From: an uncultured archaeon
GTDB lineage: Archaea; Asgardarchaeota; Lokiarchaeia; Sigyniarchaeales; SOKP01
NCBI GenBank assembly: GCA_964632315.1
Contig: CAZWEM010000008.1
Coordinates: forward strand, 32,001-96,000
Length of the DNA stretch: 64,000 bases
Direction of reading: 5' to 3'
In this document: piece by piece, positions 48,831 through 59,294 of the stretch
Layout of the letters: every line of letters begins with the position of its first letter
Numbering within the stretch: position 1 is the stretch's first letter
Position numbers and translations under genes: made by a program
Notes under the pieces: model-generated
Seen by the model: only the letters and a program-made list of their open reading frames with translations
Databases searched by the model: none
Told to the model about the DNA's origin: nothing

Positions 48831-49502
48831 TTGATTATCATGTCAGCAAATCAACAAAAAACGACAGAAGAAGTTTATATAAGATCTTACCCAAAAGTAA
48901 TCTTCATGTATCCATTATTAATTACTTCATTTATTCTCTGGCTACTTGAACTAGCAAACCCAACTGATTTAGTACCAATATTTGGTACTATCTGGATGAT
49001 TGTATTATTCGTGAATCTATTTATCATGGCTTTTGATTTCTCTTCAGCAAAGTTTTTCGTCTTAGTCTTAGTGGTAGTGGTTGTAGCATTGTTAGTAGTA
49101 TTTCTAGTCCTTCCTAATTTAGATGTATCAATAGGAGCATTAAACATTAATTTCCAAATAACTCCTCAGTTTTATGCAATAGTCGCTCTCATTCTAGCCT
49201 TTATTCTAGGATTGGTGTGGCTAACTTCTCGATTTGATTATTGGAAGATCGAAAGAAATGAGATATATCACAAAAATGGAATATTCTCCTCAGCAGAACG
49301 TATTCCTACTAAAAGTTTAAGGCTTAAGAAAGAAATTCCTGACGTTTTTGAATTTTTTGTATTACGTGCAGGATCGATTACCCTCATGCCAGGCCATGGT
49401 GATGTAATCCCTTTAACTACTGTCCTTAACATTAATAAAAAGGAACGACAAATTGACCAATTACTCTCGTATGTCTCAGTTGAACCCGATGAAGTAGATT
49501 AA
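48831..49502 (+). CDS. Hypothetical membrane protein (about 4 TM plus soluble C-terminal domain)
   Basis: Hydrophobic N-half, polar C-half. Confidence 0.75.
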   Translation: MIIMSANQQKTTEEVYIRSYPKVIFMYPLLITSFILWLLELANPTDLVPIFGTIWMIVLFVNLFIMAFDFSSAKFFVLVLVVVVVALLVVFLVLPNLDVSIGALNINFQITPQFYAIVALILAFILGLVWLTSRFDYWKIERNEIYHKNGIFSSAERIPTKSLRLKKEIPDVFEFFVLRAGSITLMPGHGDVIPLTTVLNINKKERQIDQLLSYVSVEPDEVD

Positions 49503-49583
49503 AGTTATTTTAAACTATTTTTTATTTTATTTTGATTTTTTCAAAATCTATATTAAATCCATTTTGTACATGTAAGATTCCAA

Positions 49584-50348
49584 TTGATTATATTTAAGTT
49601 TCAGTTCATATTTTTAAATATAAATATGTCTAAACCTCCAATTCTATTATTCGATTTTGATGGAGTCGTTATAACTCAAAAAGCTCTTGAATATGCCGCA
49701 TTAATTCATTCCCGCAAGGGATTTTATAGTTGGAGGAATCTTGATGACTTAAGACTTATTGATTTTGCTCGACTTTTTGAGGAATCTGATTCAAAAAATA
49801 GACTGAAAGCAATTTTTCAAGCATTTAAATCTTATGCTTCTTATATTCCAAGTAGATGGAAAAGAATTATATTTTTTGTAAAGTTTCGACGTTTCTATCC
49901 AAGATATGAGCAATATGAAACAATTGATCCAAATTTAGAGAAAATTTTACCTATATTAAAATCTGCTAAAATTCCGCTTGGAATCGTATCAAACACCACT
50001 AAAAAAAGGCTCACGGATTTTAAAGATAAGTTAAATTTAGAAGATTTTTTTTCCGTATTTATCTCAAGAGACGATTCAAAATATCGAAAACCTAATCCAT
50101 ATCCTATATTTCTCGCATTAAATAAATTAAAAAAAGAAAATCATGTTAAAATAATGAAAGATCAGATTTACTTTATAGGTGATCTGCCTAGTGATATTCA
50201 AACGGCTAAAAATGCTAACATTAATAGTATTGCCGTTCTTTCAGGTCACGGAAGAAGAAAAGACCTTGAAAATACCGAACCAACTTTTATCTTAAAAAAC
50301 TTATCCAATTTGTTAGACCTTGACCCGATCAAAAAATTCTTATTATAA
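49584..50348 (+). CDS. HAD-family hydrolase
   Basis: FDFDGV, VSN, KPNP, IGDLPSDI. Confidence 0.92.
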   Translation: MIIFKFQFIFLNINMSKPPILLFDFDGVVITQKALEYAALIHSRKGFYSWRNLDDLRLIDFARLFEESDSKNRLKAIFQAFKSYASYIPSRWKRIIFFVKFRRFYPRYEQYETIDPNLEKILPILKSAKIPLGIVSNTTKKRLTDFKDKLNLEDFFSVFISRDDSKYRKPNPYPIFLALNKLKKENHVKIMKDQIYFIGDLPSDIQTAKNANINSIAVLSGHGRRKDLENTEPTFILKNLSNLLDLDPIKKFLL

Positions 50349-50370
50349 TATTCTTTTTCTTCTTTAGGTT

Positions 50371-53100
50371 ATGATTAATCTAGATGATTTCGAGAAATTT
50401 GGCGCCATAAAACCTATAATTGAAAAAATAAACAAATACTATGCTAAAAACAAGAAAGATAAAATCCTTAAACTATTAGGAGATTTATCTGAACTAATGG
50501 ATCAAGAGGAAAATTTAATCCCCATTACTTATATCTTTAGTCTCATTGCTGAAAAAGATGTGGAATTAATTCCTGACAACATTTTTTCCACATTAGGAGA
50601 TTTATTAGAAGGAGACGATAATAAAGCAAAATTAAATTCTATTAGTGTATTAGGTTTCAGAATGTTAAAGAGACCTGAATCTGAGGATGATTATTTAATT
50701 CAATTTATCAATCTTTTGAACGATGATGATAAGGATGTTAGAGAAAATATCTATTACTTTCTACAAAATTTAAAAGACTTTAAAGCTCGTTCACTCTGCA
50801 GATTTAAAGTACAATTTATAGAGGCAATTCAAAATGAAGATGTCGATGATAATATCTTATCCATCATAAATATTTTAATTCAGTGCTCTAATTTTTCGTT
50901 TCAAGAATTATTAACTTTAAGAATGGTTATTAAGGAATTATATAGTCGTTATTTTAACAAGAGCGAAACGATGATATCATCATTAGACTTTCTAACCGAA
51001 GTATGTTATGCAAATTTAAATTTAACAGAAGAATTCAAGACTCAGGATCTTAAGCATAAACTAAAATCTCTTGACAACCTTTTCTTAATGAAAAAGGAAA
51101 CTTATCCCCTTTCTGAGAGTAATAAAGTGAAGAAAAAAAGAAAGAGGATTAAACAATTAAAACTTGAGGATCAAGTTGTTTATTTCTACGTAAAAATTGC
51201 TGAGGAAAAAGCATATTATTTCTATGAATTTGAAAAGAGTAAGCTCACTTCAATATTTTCGCAAGCGCGTTTATCTAGCGAGGATTTAAGTAAAATTTTC
51301 GATCCGATAGTAGATGATAACCGAGAAATACAAGTAATAATCAATACACTCTTAAGGTTCAATCATATCGAGGGATATTATTCTGATTTAGGATTTTTTT
51401 ATCCCTTAGAATTTATCACTAGTGAATTTCAGAGAAAAATCCAAGAGAATGGTATGATAAATTTAAAAAAATATGATTATTTCCCAATTAATTTTATCGA
51501 AAAGGTAATTAAAGATATCTCAAATAGCTCCAAAGAGGTGTTATTAAAAGGAAAAAACGAAACTGCGTATTATTCCTTAAAAAGGATCGTTGAACAAATT
51601 AATAAAGAAGCAGCAAAAAGCAGTTCTATTGATTTACAAACATATAAAGAGAGATTACCGAGTGAAGAATATCATAAATTAGTCAAAAATCTTCCTAAGG
51701 AATATTTAACAGAATATCATAAAGACACCCATTGGATTACAAATTTAGGGTTATTAAAAATTAACCAAGAAATTGAAAACTCTAAAATATTAGGTTATCT
51801 CTCTATTCCAAATGTAGCTGAGAAATACCACATATCAAAAACGATTTTGGAGGAAGTAATAGAAAATTTAATTGATTTCAGGAGTGGTGTATTTGACATG
51901 AATAAGAATGTTTTTTATTATTCACGATTTCTTAAAGATGAAATAGATAAGATAAATTTGATTAAAAATGTTGAGATAAAAGCAAAACGTATTAATCAGC
52001 TAGCTCAAAAACTCAATATCAAGAAAGAAAAGATCTTATCAAAAATAGATGAAAATCTTAGGTTACTTGGAGAAGAAATTAAACAAAAAGATCAAATTAA
52101 TATTCCTTCCTATTTAGAAAAGACTGGAATGAATTTCAAGGCCTTTGTAAACTTCATAAAAGACTTAGATATTTCATATTTTAAGAAAGGAGATACTCTT
52201 GTATTGGATGAAAAAAAGGTTAATGAAGCAAAAGTGGAATTAAAAGAAATTTTAGTTCAAGAAACACAATCAAGAAACTCTTTTCTTTTAACAGAATTCG
52301 ACATTAGTACTAAAATAGTAAAAGATTTGTTAGCAGAATTAATTCAAGAGGACAAAATTAAAGGTATTTTTTACAATGATCAAGGAGAATTACGTTTTTA
52401 TAGCGAAAAGGGAATCATAAATATGATGATGGAGGAAAGTTTTCTTTTCACTTTGACTGACTTTTTTCCGGATAAAGAGCTCTTTGAAGAAGAACTCAAT
52501 CTAATGAAATCTACAGTAAAAGAATTAATGAATTCTAAAAAGTTGAACGGAACATTCGATCCAGATTCATTAACTTTTTCCAGTAATGATGTTGTATTCG
52601 CTCAGAATTATAATACAGTTTTAAGCGAATTTGAAAAGACAGTCATTAATTATAACTCGATAATGCTGAATGAATTCAATAAAGTCAAAACTATTTTAAC
52701 AAAGAAAGAACAAACTATTTTTCCTCAAGAAATTAAATTAATTCAGGACACGATTAATCGCATGAATGAGAAATCAATTAAATGGAGGCACGAATTAGAT
52801 GCATTCATTAGGAGAGCAAATACAGAATTATTGAAGAAACAAGGATACTCTATTAGAAGGTATAAAGAAGCAAATTCCATATTAGAATCAAAAGATAACA
52901 TTAAGTTTTTTGAAGATGATACTAGCGTTAAAGAATTGATGGCTCAATTCAATAAGTGGATAAAATTATTCAATAATATTGAGTTAAAATATGGCAATGT
53001 CATATTTTATCAAAAACGTGTTATAAATGACCCCTCTAATCAATCTAATAAAGAAAGGTTAAACCTTTTATTGGCTGAATTAAATATGGATAGAGAATAG
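50371..53100 (+). CDS. Large HEAT-repeat + tandem winged-helix (PCI/UFL1-like) protein
   Basis: HEAT-like LLNDDDKDVRENI; repeated LI...I.G.(F/Y)....F(Y/S) winged-helix units; coiled-coil tail. Confidence 0.6.
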   Translation: MINLDDFEKFGAIKPIIEKINKYYAKNKKDKILKLLGDLSELMDQEENLIPITYIFSLIAEKDVELIPDNIFSTLGDLLEGDDNKAKLNSISVLGFRMLKRPESEDDYLIQFINLLNDDDKDVRENIYYFLQNLKDFKARSLCRFKVQFIEAIQNEDVDDNILSIINILIQCSNFSFQELLTLRMVIKELYSRYFNKSETMISSLDFLTEVCYANLNLTEEFKTQDLKHKLKSLDNLFLMKKETYPLSESNKVKKKRKRIKQLKLEDQVVYFYVKIAEEKAYYFYEFEKSKLTSIFSQARLSSEDLSKIFDPIVDDNREIQVIINTLLRFNHIEGYYSDLGFFYPLEFITSEFQRKIQENGMINLKKYDYFPINFIEKVIKDISNSSKEVLLKGKNETAYYSLKRIVEQINKEAAKSSSIDLQTYKERLPSEEYHKLVKNLPKEYLTEYHKDTHWITNLGLLKINQEIENSKILGYLSIPNVAEKYHISKTILEEVIENLIDFRSGVFDMNKNVFYYSRFLKDEIDKINLIKNVEIKAKRINQLAQKLNIKKEKILSKIDENLRLLGEEIKQKDQINIPSYLEKTGMNFKAFVNFIKDLDISYFKKGDTLVLDEKKVNEAKVELKEILVQETQSRNSFLLTEFDISTKIVKDLLAELIQEDKIKGIFYNDQGELRFYSEKGIINMMMEESFLFTLTDFFPDKELFEEELNLMKSTVKELMNSKKLNGTFDPDSLTFSSNDVVFAQNYNTVLSEFEKTVINYNSIMLNEFNKVKTILTKKEQTIFPQEIKLIQDTINRMNEKSIKWRHELDAFIRRANTELLKKQGYSIRRYKEANSILESKDNIKFFEDDTSVKELMAQFNKWIKLFNNIELKYGNVIFYQKRVINDPSNQSNKERLNLLLAELNMDRE

Positions 53101-53113
53101 TAGAATTTCGAAT

Positions 53114-53401
53114 CTAATTGTCTCGCTTTTTTAATATATCATCAATGATTTTGTCAACATCTAACTTATGATTCTGTTTAATGTTATACGTCTTAGGGTG
53201 GAATGACCCATTTATTTCTAAAATTCCTTCTTTTTCAAGACAATCAAGTGATCTCCAAATAAAATTAATTTTTGATCGATTTGAAGATTTAACATTATTA
53301 CACCTTCTTATTCGCTTAGTGTCTACCCTATAAACCTTATTATCTATAAGTTTATTTATTGCTTCTAAAGTATCTCGAAGATTTTTCAAGAAGAAGTCCA
53401 T
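53114..53401 (-). CDS. Small basic winged-helix-like protein
   Basis: 95 aa; IWRSLDCLEKEGILEING...KTYNI. Confidence 0.6.
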   Translation of the reverse strand: MDFFLKNLRDTLEAINKLIDNKVYRVDTKRIRRCNNVKSSNRSKINFIWRSLDCLEKEGILEINGSFHPKTYNIKQNHKLDVDKIIDDILKKRDN

Positions 53402-53563
53402 CGAAAGAGCAAGTCCCTCTTTTAATATAAATTACCTAGTATATGAAATTTATACTTAAATCTATATAAAGTTTAGGGAAATGTAGAATTTAGAATTTGG
53501 GAAGGAGTTGAGAGATTTTTACATCTGCTCATGATAATTAACGTGTAAAGAGTCAAAGTTTAA

Positions 53564-55168
53564 TTAATGTCGGAACACTCTCTTTCCACAAAAGACTAAT
53601 GCACATCCTAATTCATTTGCCTTTTTAATAACATCATCATCTCGTATCGATCCTCCGGGGTTAATGATTGCTTTAGCACCCGCCTCTACTGCTGCTTCTA
53701 ATCCATCTGGAAAAGGAAAGAATGAATCTGTGCCCATAAATGAATTAATAAGAGCACTTTCATGTCCAAATTCTAATGCTTTTTGAATAGCTAATTTCAC
53801 GACGTGAACTCGACTCTGTTGACCTGCCCCGATCCCAATTGTGTATATTCCCGTGTCATAAGTTTGAGCAAAGCATGCAGAATTTGATTTTGCCCATTTT
53901 GAAACGTTATAAGCAAAGATTAATGCTTCTTTATCTTTTGGTTCTAACTTTTTATCGCTAACTACATTCCAATCCTTTATGAGTGGTTTGTGATCGTATT
54001 CTTGAATAAGCATGCCTCCAAGAGTCCCCCTATAATCCAAATTCTGATATATTTCTTCGCGATGTTTTAGAAAGTCTCCAAATTCTAAAATTCTCATGTT
54101 TTCTTTTGTTTGAAGAATTTTGAGAGCTTTCGGATCATATGATGGTGCCATTATGACTTCGACAAATATTTTTTTTTTATTTACGATGTAGTCCGCCACC
54201 TCAACGGTAACTGGTTTATTATATCCCCAAATTCCTCCAAAAGCAGATAAAGGATCGCAGCTAAACGCCATTTCCACTGATTTCATTAATGATTTTCTGT
54301 CTATCGCTACACCATTAGGAGTCGTATGTTTCAGAATTGCGGTTGTATATTCTTCAGTTCCGAAGTCTAAGAGTAGTTGCAGACAAGAATCAATGTCTAA
54401 GTAATTATTAAAAGAAATTTCTTTTCCCCCTAGTTGCTTAAGTTGATGAAGACCATATTTTGCGGATAGATCTCGATAATAAGCGGCATCTTGATCCCAA
54501 TTTTCTCCATAACGACAATCCTGCACCTTTTCATATGTTTTGTTAACAATTTTACTCATCTTTTCATCGGGATTGTATTTTCTATATAAGAAGTTTGAAA
54601 TCGCGGCGTTATATTCCGCCATTATTGTAAAAACATCTTGTGCTAATTTAGCTCGAGTAATTTCGGTGATATCCCCCATATTTTCTCTTAATTCTTTAAT
54701 AATTAAAGAATAATACTTAGGATGGGGTAATACAACGACATCCATAAAATTTTTTGCCGCTGCTCTAATCATTGTTGGCCCCCCAATATCAATCATTTCT
54801 AAAGCTTTTTGGAAAGTAATATTTGGATTTGAGATCGCTTCTTTGAATTGATAGAGATTACATATTACCATATCTATTGGAGCAATATCATAATTTTTAG
54901 CATCTTCGTTATCTTGAAGATTGCTCCTTCGAAAAAGAATTCCTCCCTCAATTTTAGGGTGAAGGGTTTTTACTCTTCCTTCAAACATTTCTGGAGATTC
55001 TGTATAATCAGAAATTTTTACATAATTTATTCCGTTTTTCTCTAAAAGGCTCCCAGTACCTCCAGTGGATAGAATTTCTATATTAAATTCGTCTTGTAAT
55101 ATTTTCGCAAAATCAACTACTCCAGTTTTATCAAATACTGAAATTATTGCTCGTTCTATTTTTTTCAT
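53564..55168 (-). CDS. purH: Bifunctional AICAR transformylase/IMP cyclohydrolase
   Basis: SVFDKTG, STGGT, GRVKTLHP, IDIGGPTMIRAAAKN, RYGEN, SAFGG, DSFFPFPD, RVFRH. Confidence 0.97.
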   Translation of the reverse strand: MKKIERAIISVFDKTGVVDFAKILQDEFNIEILSTGGTGSLLEKNGINYVKISDYTESPEMFEGRVKTLHPKIEGGILFRRSNLQDNEDAKNYDIAPIDMVICNLYQFKEAISNPNITFQKALEMIDIGGPTMIRAAAKNFMDVVVLPHPKYYSLIIKELRENMGDITEITRAKLAQDVFTIMAEYNAAISNFLYRKYNPDEKMSKIVNKTYEKVQDCRYGENWDQDAAYYRDLSAKYGLHQLKQLGGKEISFNNYLDIDSCLQLLLDFGTEEYTTAILKHTTPNGVAIDRKSLMKSVEMAFSCDPLSAFGGIWGYNKPVTVEVADYIVNKKKIFVEVIMAPSYDPKALKILQTKENMRILEFGDFLKHREEIYQNLDYRGTLGGMLIQEYDHKPLIKDWNVVSDKKLEPKDKEALIFAYNVSKWAKSNSACFAQTYDTGIYTIGIGAGQQSRVHVVKLAIQKALEFGHESALINSFMGTDSFFPFPDGLEAAVEAGAKAIINPGGSIRDDDVIKKANELGCALVFCGKRVFRH

Positions 55169-55364
55169 CGTGAATCACGATATTAATGTTATCATTTATA
55201 ATTATTATTTCAAGGTAAAGTTTATCAATGTAAAAAATTGATTAGTATGGACTTAATAAAACGAATGAGTTATTATATTACGATATTAAAAAAAATAATA
55301 TTAATTTGTTGTTCTTTTTCAATTTATGTAAATTCTTGCCTCAGTTCTTTAGCTCTTTTACCTT

Positions 55365-56699
55365 TCAGTTAAAATAATTTACTTTCATTATTCTAGTTAT
55401 TTCTTCGTCAATAAGTTTCATTGGACTTAATCGATAGAGAAATCCTATGATAATTAATCCAATTATACTTGAAAAGATCAATAACATTTGAATTCCTATA
55501 AATTCCGCGATGATCCCAGAAAGAAATTGGCCTAATGGTCTTATTGCAGGTGCAATTGCCATAATAGCCGCCATAACACGTCCTAATTTCTCCTTAGGGA
55601 TAAGTAATTGAATGCTTGTGATGAAAGCTACATCTATTACAGCGGTTGGTAAAGCAAATAAGAAAATTACAATCCCAATTATCCAAAATCTAGCTTCGAA
55701 ATTTGTTGGTATAAATGCAATAACTGCTTGACAAATATACATACAAACTATACCTAACATTAAAATTAGAACTGGCTTCTTTATATTTTTAACAAAAGAC
55801 ATTATTAAACCCCCAATTACTAATGCTGACTGAAACATTCCAACAACTAAGGCATAATCTGATTCAATACCTGAATAAATCTTGCTTACTAAAAGTGGTA
55901 ACATTGCTTGTATAGGAGTGTTAAAGAAGTTAATAATCAAGGCTCCAAATAATAATGCAATTAATCCGTTTACTTTTCTTAAGGCATTAAATCCATCTAA
56001 GAATTGATTGATAAATGATTGATTTTTTTCTATTAAATTCGTTGGTACTAATGGAATCTTGATAATGATCAAAGTTATTAATGCAATGACGAATGTTCCA
56101 ATATCTATCCACAAAATCATACCAATATTGATGTATGGAATAGATAGTAGTATTGCTGCAATAAAAGGTCCAATAATATTTATAGCACCATTGAATAAGT
56201 AAGTTAAACCATTTATTCTGCTCAGTATTTTAGCTGGAACCATTGTCGGAGTTATCGCCATTGAAATAGGTAACTGAAAGGCTTGACATGTACCTCTCGA
56301 GCCTAATAAGATCAAAATTATCATAACAGAAGTATAATTGGCAAAGAATAGAACTGATAAGAAAACTGTCAAAATTGCCTGAATCGCATCAAATGAAATG
56401 AGAAGGCTTTTCCTGTTAAATCGGTCAGCAATTACGCCACTTAAGGGGGCAATTAAAATAAATGGGCCTAAGCTAAGAAGTGATGCTGTCCCCAATATGA
56501 TTTCGCTTTGAGTCCTTATTGTTAGCCACCATATTATGATAAATGATACAATTGAGGAACCTAAGAGGGATGCTTGTTGGCCTGCCCAATAAAGAATGAA
56601 AGATCCAAATTTCTTAGACTCATTAAACTCTTCTATTTCTAATTTATAATTTATTTTATTCAATTTTTCTTCACTCTCTTTTTTTTTATTTTGTTCCAT
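55365..56699 (-). CDS. MFS transporter
   Basis: About 12 TM; GVIADRFNRK motif A; IPKEKLGRV. Confidence 0.92.
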   Translation of the reverse strand: MEQNKKKESEEKLNKINYKLEIEEFNESKKFGSFILYWAGQQASLLGSSIVSFIIIWWLTIRTQSEIILGTASLLSLGPFILIAPLSGVIADRFNRKSLLISFDAIQAILTVFLSVLFFANYTSVMIILILLGSRGTCQAFQLPISMAITPTMVPAKILSRINGLTYLFNGAINIIGPFIAAILLSIPYINIGMILWIDIGTFVIALITLIIIKIPLVPTNLIEKNQSFINQFLDGFNALRKVNGLIALLFGALIINFFNTPIQAMLPLLVSKIYSGIESDYALVVGMFQSALVIGGLIMSFVKNIKKPVLILMLGIVCMYICQAVIAFIPTNFEARFWIIGIVIFLFALPTAVIDVAFITSIQLLIPKEKLGRVMAAIMAIAPAIRPLGQFLSGIIAEFIGIQMLLIFSSIIGLIIIGFLYRLSPMKLIDEEITRIMKVNYFN

Positions 56700-56823
56700 T
56701 ATGGAATAATTTCCTATATGAAATAATTGATAAATTATTATTTAAAGTCTTCCATTTTAGAATTAATTCTAAATCGGCATATTTTTTAATGAATTATTTT
56801 TATTTATCAATAAGGAAAATAAA

Positions 56824-57606
56824 ATGGTAGATGAAGAAGTGGAAATCTCAAACGAAATTAAAAAAAGCTATGATGAAGCAATCTATGATGAAGTGAAATA
56901 TGGTATATTAATTGCTCTTGAATTTTATAAATCTTTGAATTTAAAGAAATTAGCAGAGATTTTAGATCGTCCAAAAACTACTACCTTGAGGTATCTAAAA
57001 AATCTTTTGAATGAAGGTTTGATAATATTAGATACTAATAAAACAGCAAAAGATTGGGGAAAATTTTATAAATTATCTCAAACAGTAGAATTTTTGATTG
57101 AGAGTAGGAAAAAGAAGACCCTAGAACGCGAAAAATGGATTACAGATGAATTTGAAACCATAGATGAGAAAAATGATGAAGAAGTTAAAAATTTATTAGT
57201 TAGAGCAGCAATATCGAAAGAAGATTTTCAAGTTGGTTTACAAGAAGCTAAGCAATCAATTTTTTTTATTACAAATGTGCAAAAAATGATAATTAATAAA
57301 TTAATAATAACTTGGAAAGATTTAATGAAAATCTATGAAGATAAAGGGATAGAACATCTTAAAGAAAGTCTTACTTTTTATCCCGCAGATGTTGAGATGA
57401 GGAGTACAACATTAAAACTTTATACACCTAGACAATTGATTGATTTAATTAAATTATTCAATTCATGGAATGATGATCTTGTAAAAATTAAAGAGAGATT
57501 TGAGAATGAAATGGAAAATATGAATATCCCAGAGGAACAAAGACACGAATTCTTTTTATATTCTTTTCTAGGTTCTTTAGAATTTGGAGCCAAATTTAAA
57601 GATTAA
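56824..57606 (+). CDS. Winged-helix transcriptional regulator, divergent from the MFS gene
   Basis: LNLKKLAEILDRPKTTTLRYLKNLLNEGLI...GKFYKLS. Confidence 0.8.
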   Translation: MVDEEVEISNEIKKSYDEAIYDEVKYGILIALEFYKSLNLKKLAEILDRPKTTTLRYLKNLLNEGLIILDTNKTAKDWGKFYKLSQTVEFLIESRKKKTLEREKWITDEFETIDEKNDEEVKNLLVRAAISKEDFQVGLQEAKQSIFFITNVQKMIINKLIITWKDLMKIYEDKGIEHLKESLTFYPADVEMRSTTLKLYTPRQLIDLIKLFNSWNDDLVKIKERFENEMENMNIPEEQRHEFFLYSFLGSLEFGAKFKD

Positions 57607-57662
57607 TCTAAACTAATTTTTATTTTAAAAAGTGATTACTATAAGGATAATAATTATGTGAC

Positions 57663-59129
57663 TTAAGTTAAATCGTGTGTTTTTGTTTCTTGTTGACCGA
57701 AAGGAGTTATTATTCCAACATTTGCCTTTTTCATTTCACTAATTGTTTTAGCTCCTGAATAAATCATTCCGTTTACTAAACCTTCTTTTAACGATTGAAT
57801 GACACCGTCCACATCTCCAACATAGGGTATGTATGATGAGACTCCTTCTGCAAGTGTCTTGGAACCTTCTATATACCTGTCAGACACAAATCCCGCGGCT
57901 CTAGCTTCTTTCGAACCCATTCCGCGATAAACTTTTACTTTCCTACCTTGAATTGTATCAATATAACCAGGACTTTCGGTACACCCCGCGAATAGATGCC
58001 CCGACATTATTAGATCTGCTCCTACTGTTAACGCTTTTGGTATATCTCCGGGATTCTTAAAACCTCCATCTGCTATAATGCCTATATTTTGATTGTAATC
58101 TTTCACAGCATCAGCCACTTGGGCTGTTGCAAATAAAGTTGGCGCCCCAACTCCAGTTTGAATCGAAGTAGTACAAATTGATCCGGAACCCATTCCCACC
58201 TTTAATCCAATAAAGTTTTCATTAAAATCACATTTCGAGATGAGGTGTTCAGCAGCTTCATAGGTACCTATATTGCCCAATACAAAGTCAGAATCCAGTA
58301 AATTCATTAATTTTTTAGTGTTTTCAATGTCAACTTTTTTATAAAAATCAGCAACGTCAATAAAAAAGATATCAACATATTTATCTAATTCTTTTAACAT
58401 TGATTGAGCCTCAGTGGTGGTAGGATATTTCGCAGATAACCCCAACGCACATAACAATCTTCCTTCTTGATCTAATGATGCGTTTGGAAATTCAGGCTTA
58501 AGATCCTTTTTAGTGATCAACCCTTTTAGATATCCATTATCTATAATAGGTAATTTCTCAATTCGATTTTCATATAACATTTTAAGAGCTTGAGGTCTTG
58601 ATGCACCAGGTTTAATCGAAATCACGTTTTTAGTCATAAAATCTTTTAGTTTCCCTAATCTAATATCCTCTTCCTTATAGGGAATGTCTCTTTTAGTAAA
58701 AATGCCACATACTTTATCATTATCATCAGTTACCATTAAACCACTAATTCCATAAGTTTCCATCATGAATTTAGCTTCTGCAACGGTAGTTCCAACATTA
58801 ATAGTTGCTACTTCTTCTACGATAAAGGACCTTGCTAATTTCACTTTCCGACACATTTCAAGTTGTTTCTGAAAAGAACAGTTGCGATGCAATACTCCAA
58901 GACCACCTAAAAGGGCCATTTTAATCGCCATAACCTCTTCTGTAACTGTATCCATCGCAGCAGACATTAGAGGGATGTTAAAGTTGAATTTACCGAGTTT
59001 TGAACTTATATCTACCTCGTTTGGTTGAAAAGCAGTATAACCCGGGGTTATTAAGATATCATCAAATGTTGCAATGATCTCATTATAATGAACTTTTTTT
59101 CTAAAATAATCTGTCATAATCCCAAACAC
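57663..59129 (-). CDS. guaB: IMP dehydrogenase
   Basis: TFDDILI.P, SAAMDTVTE, CBS pair, GMGSGSICTT, IADGG, YRGMGS, AEGV. Confidence 0.96.
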   Translation of the reverse strand: MFGIMTDYFRKKVHYNEIIATFDDILITPGYTAFQPNEVDISSKLGKFNFNIPLMSAAMDTVTEEVMAIKMALLGGLGVLHRNCSFQKQLEMCRKVKLARSFIVEEVATINVGTTVAEAKFMMETYGISGLMVTDDNDKVCGIFTKRDIPYKEEDIRLGKLKDFMTKNVISIKPGASRPQALKMLYENRIEKLPIIDNGYLKGLITKKDLKPEFPNASLDQEGRLLCALGLSAKYPTTTEAQSMLKELDKYVDIFFIDVADFYKKVDIENTKKLMNLLDSDFVLGNIGTYEAAEHLISKCDFNENFIGLKVGMGSGSICTTSIQTGVGAPTLFATAQVADAVKDYNQNIGIIADGGFKNPGDIPKALTVGADLIMSGHLFAGCTESPGYIDTIQGRKVKVYRGMGSKEARAAGFVSDRYIEGSKTLAEGVSSYIPYVGDVDGVIQSLKEGLVNGMIYSGAKTISEMKKANVGIITPFGQQETKTHDLT

Positions 59130-59294
59130 TTTTATTGTATTGAGCTTGTGCCTTTTATTAATTATTAATATTATAGAGAATCTTTATTATAAAATATTAT
59201 CACATTATCTTAGGTAAAATATATAGTTTTACTTGAAGAATTATCCTTTAATTTGAAAAGGAAATTGAATAAGAAACCAAGAACCATTAATTAT

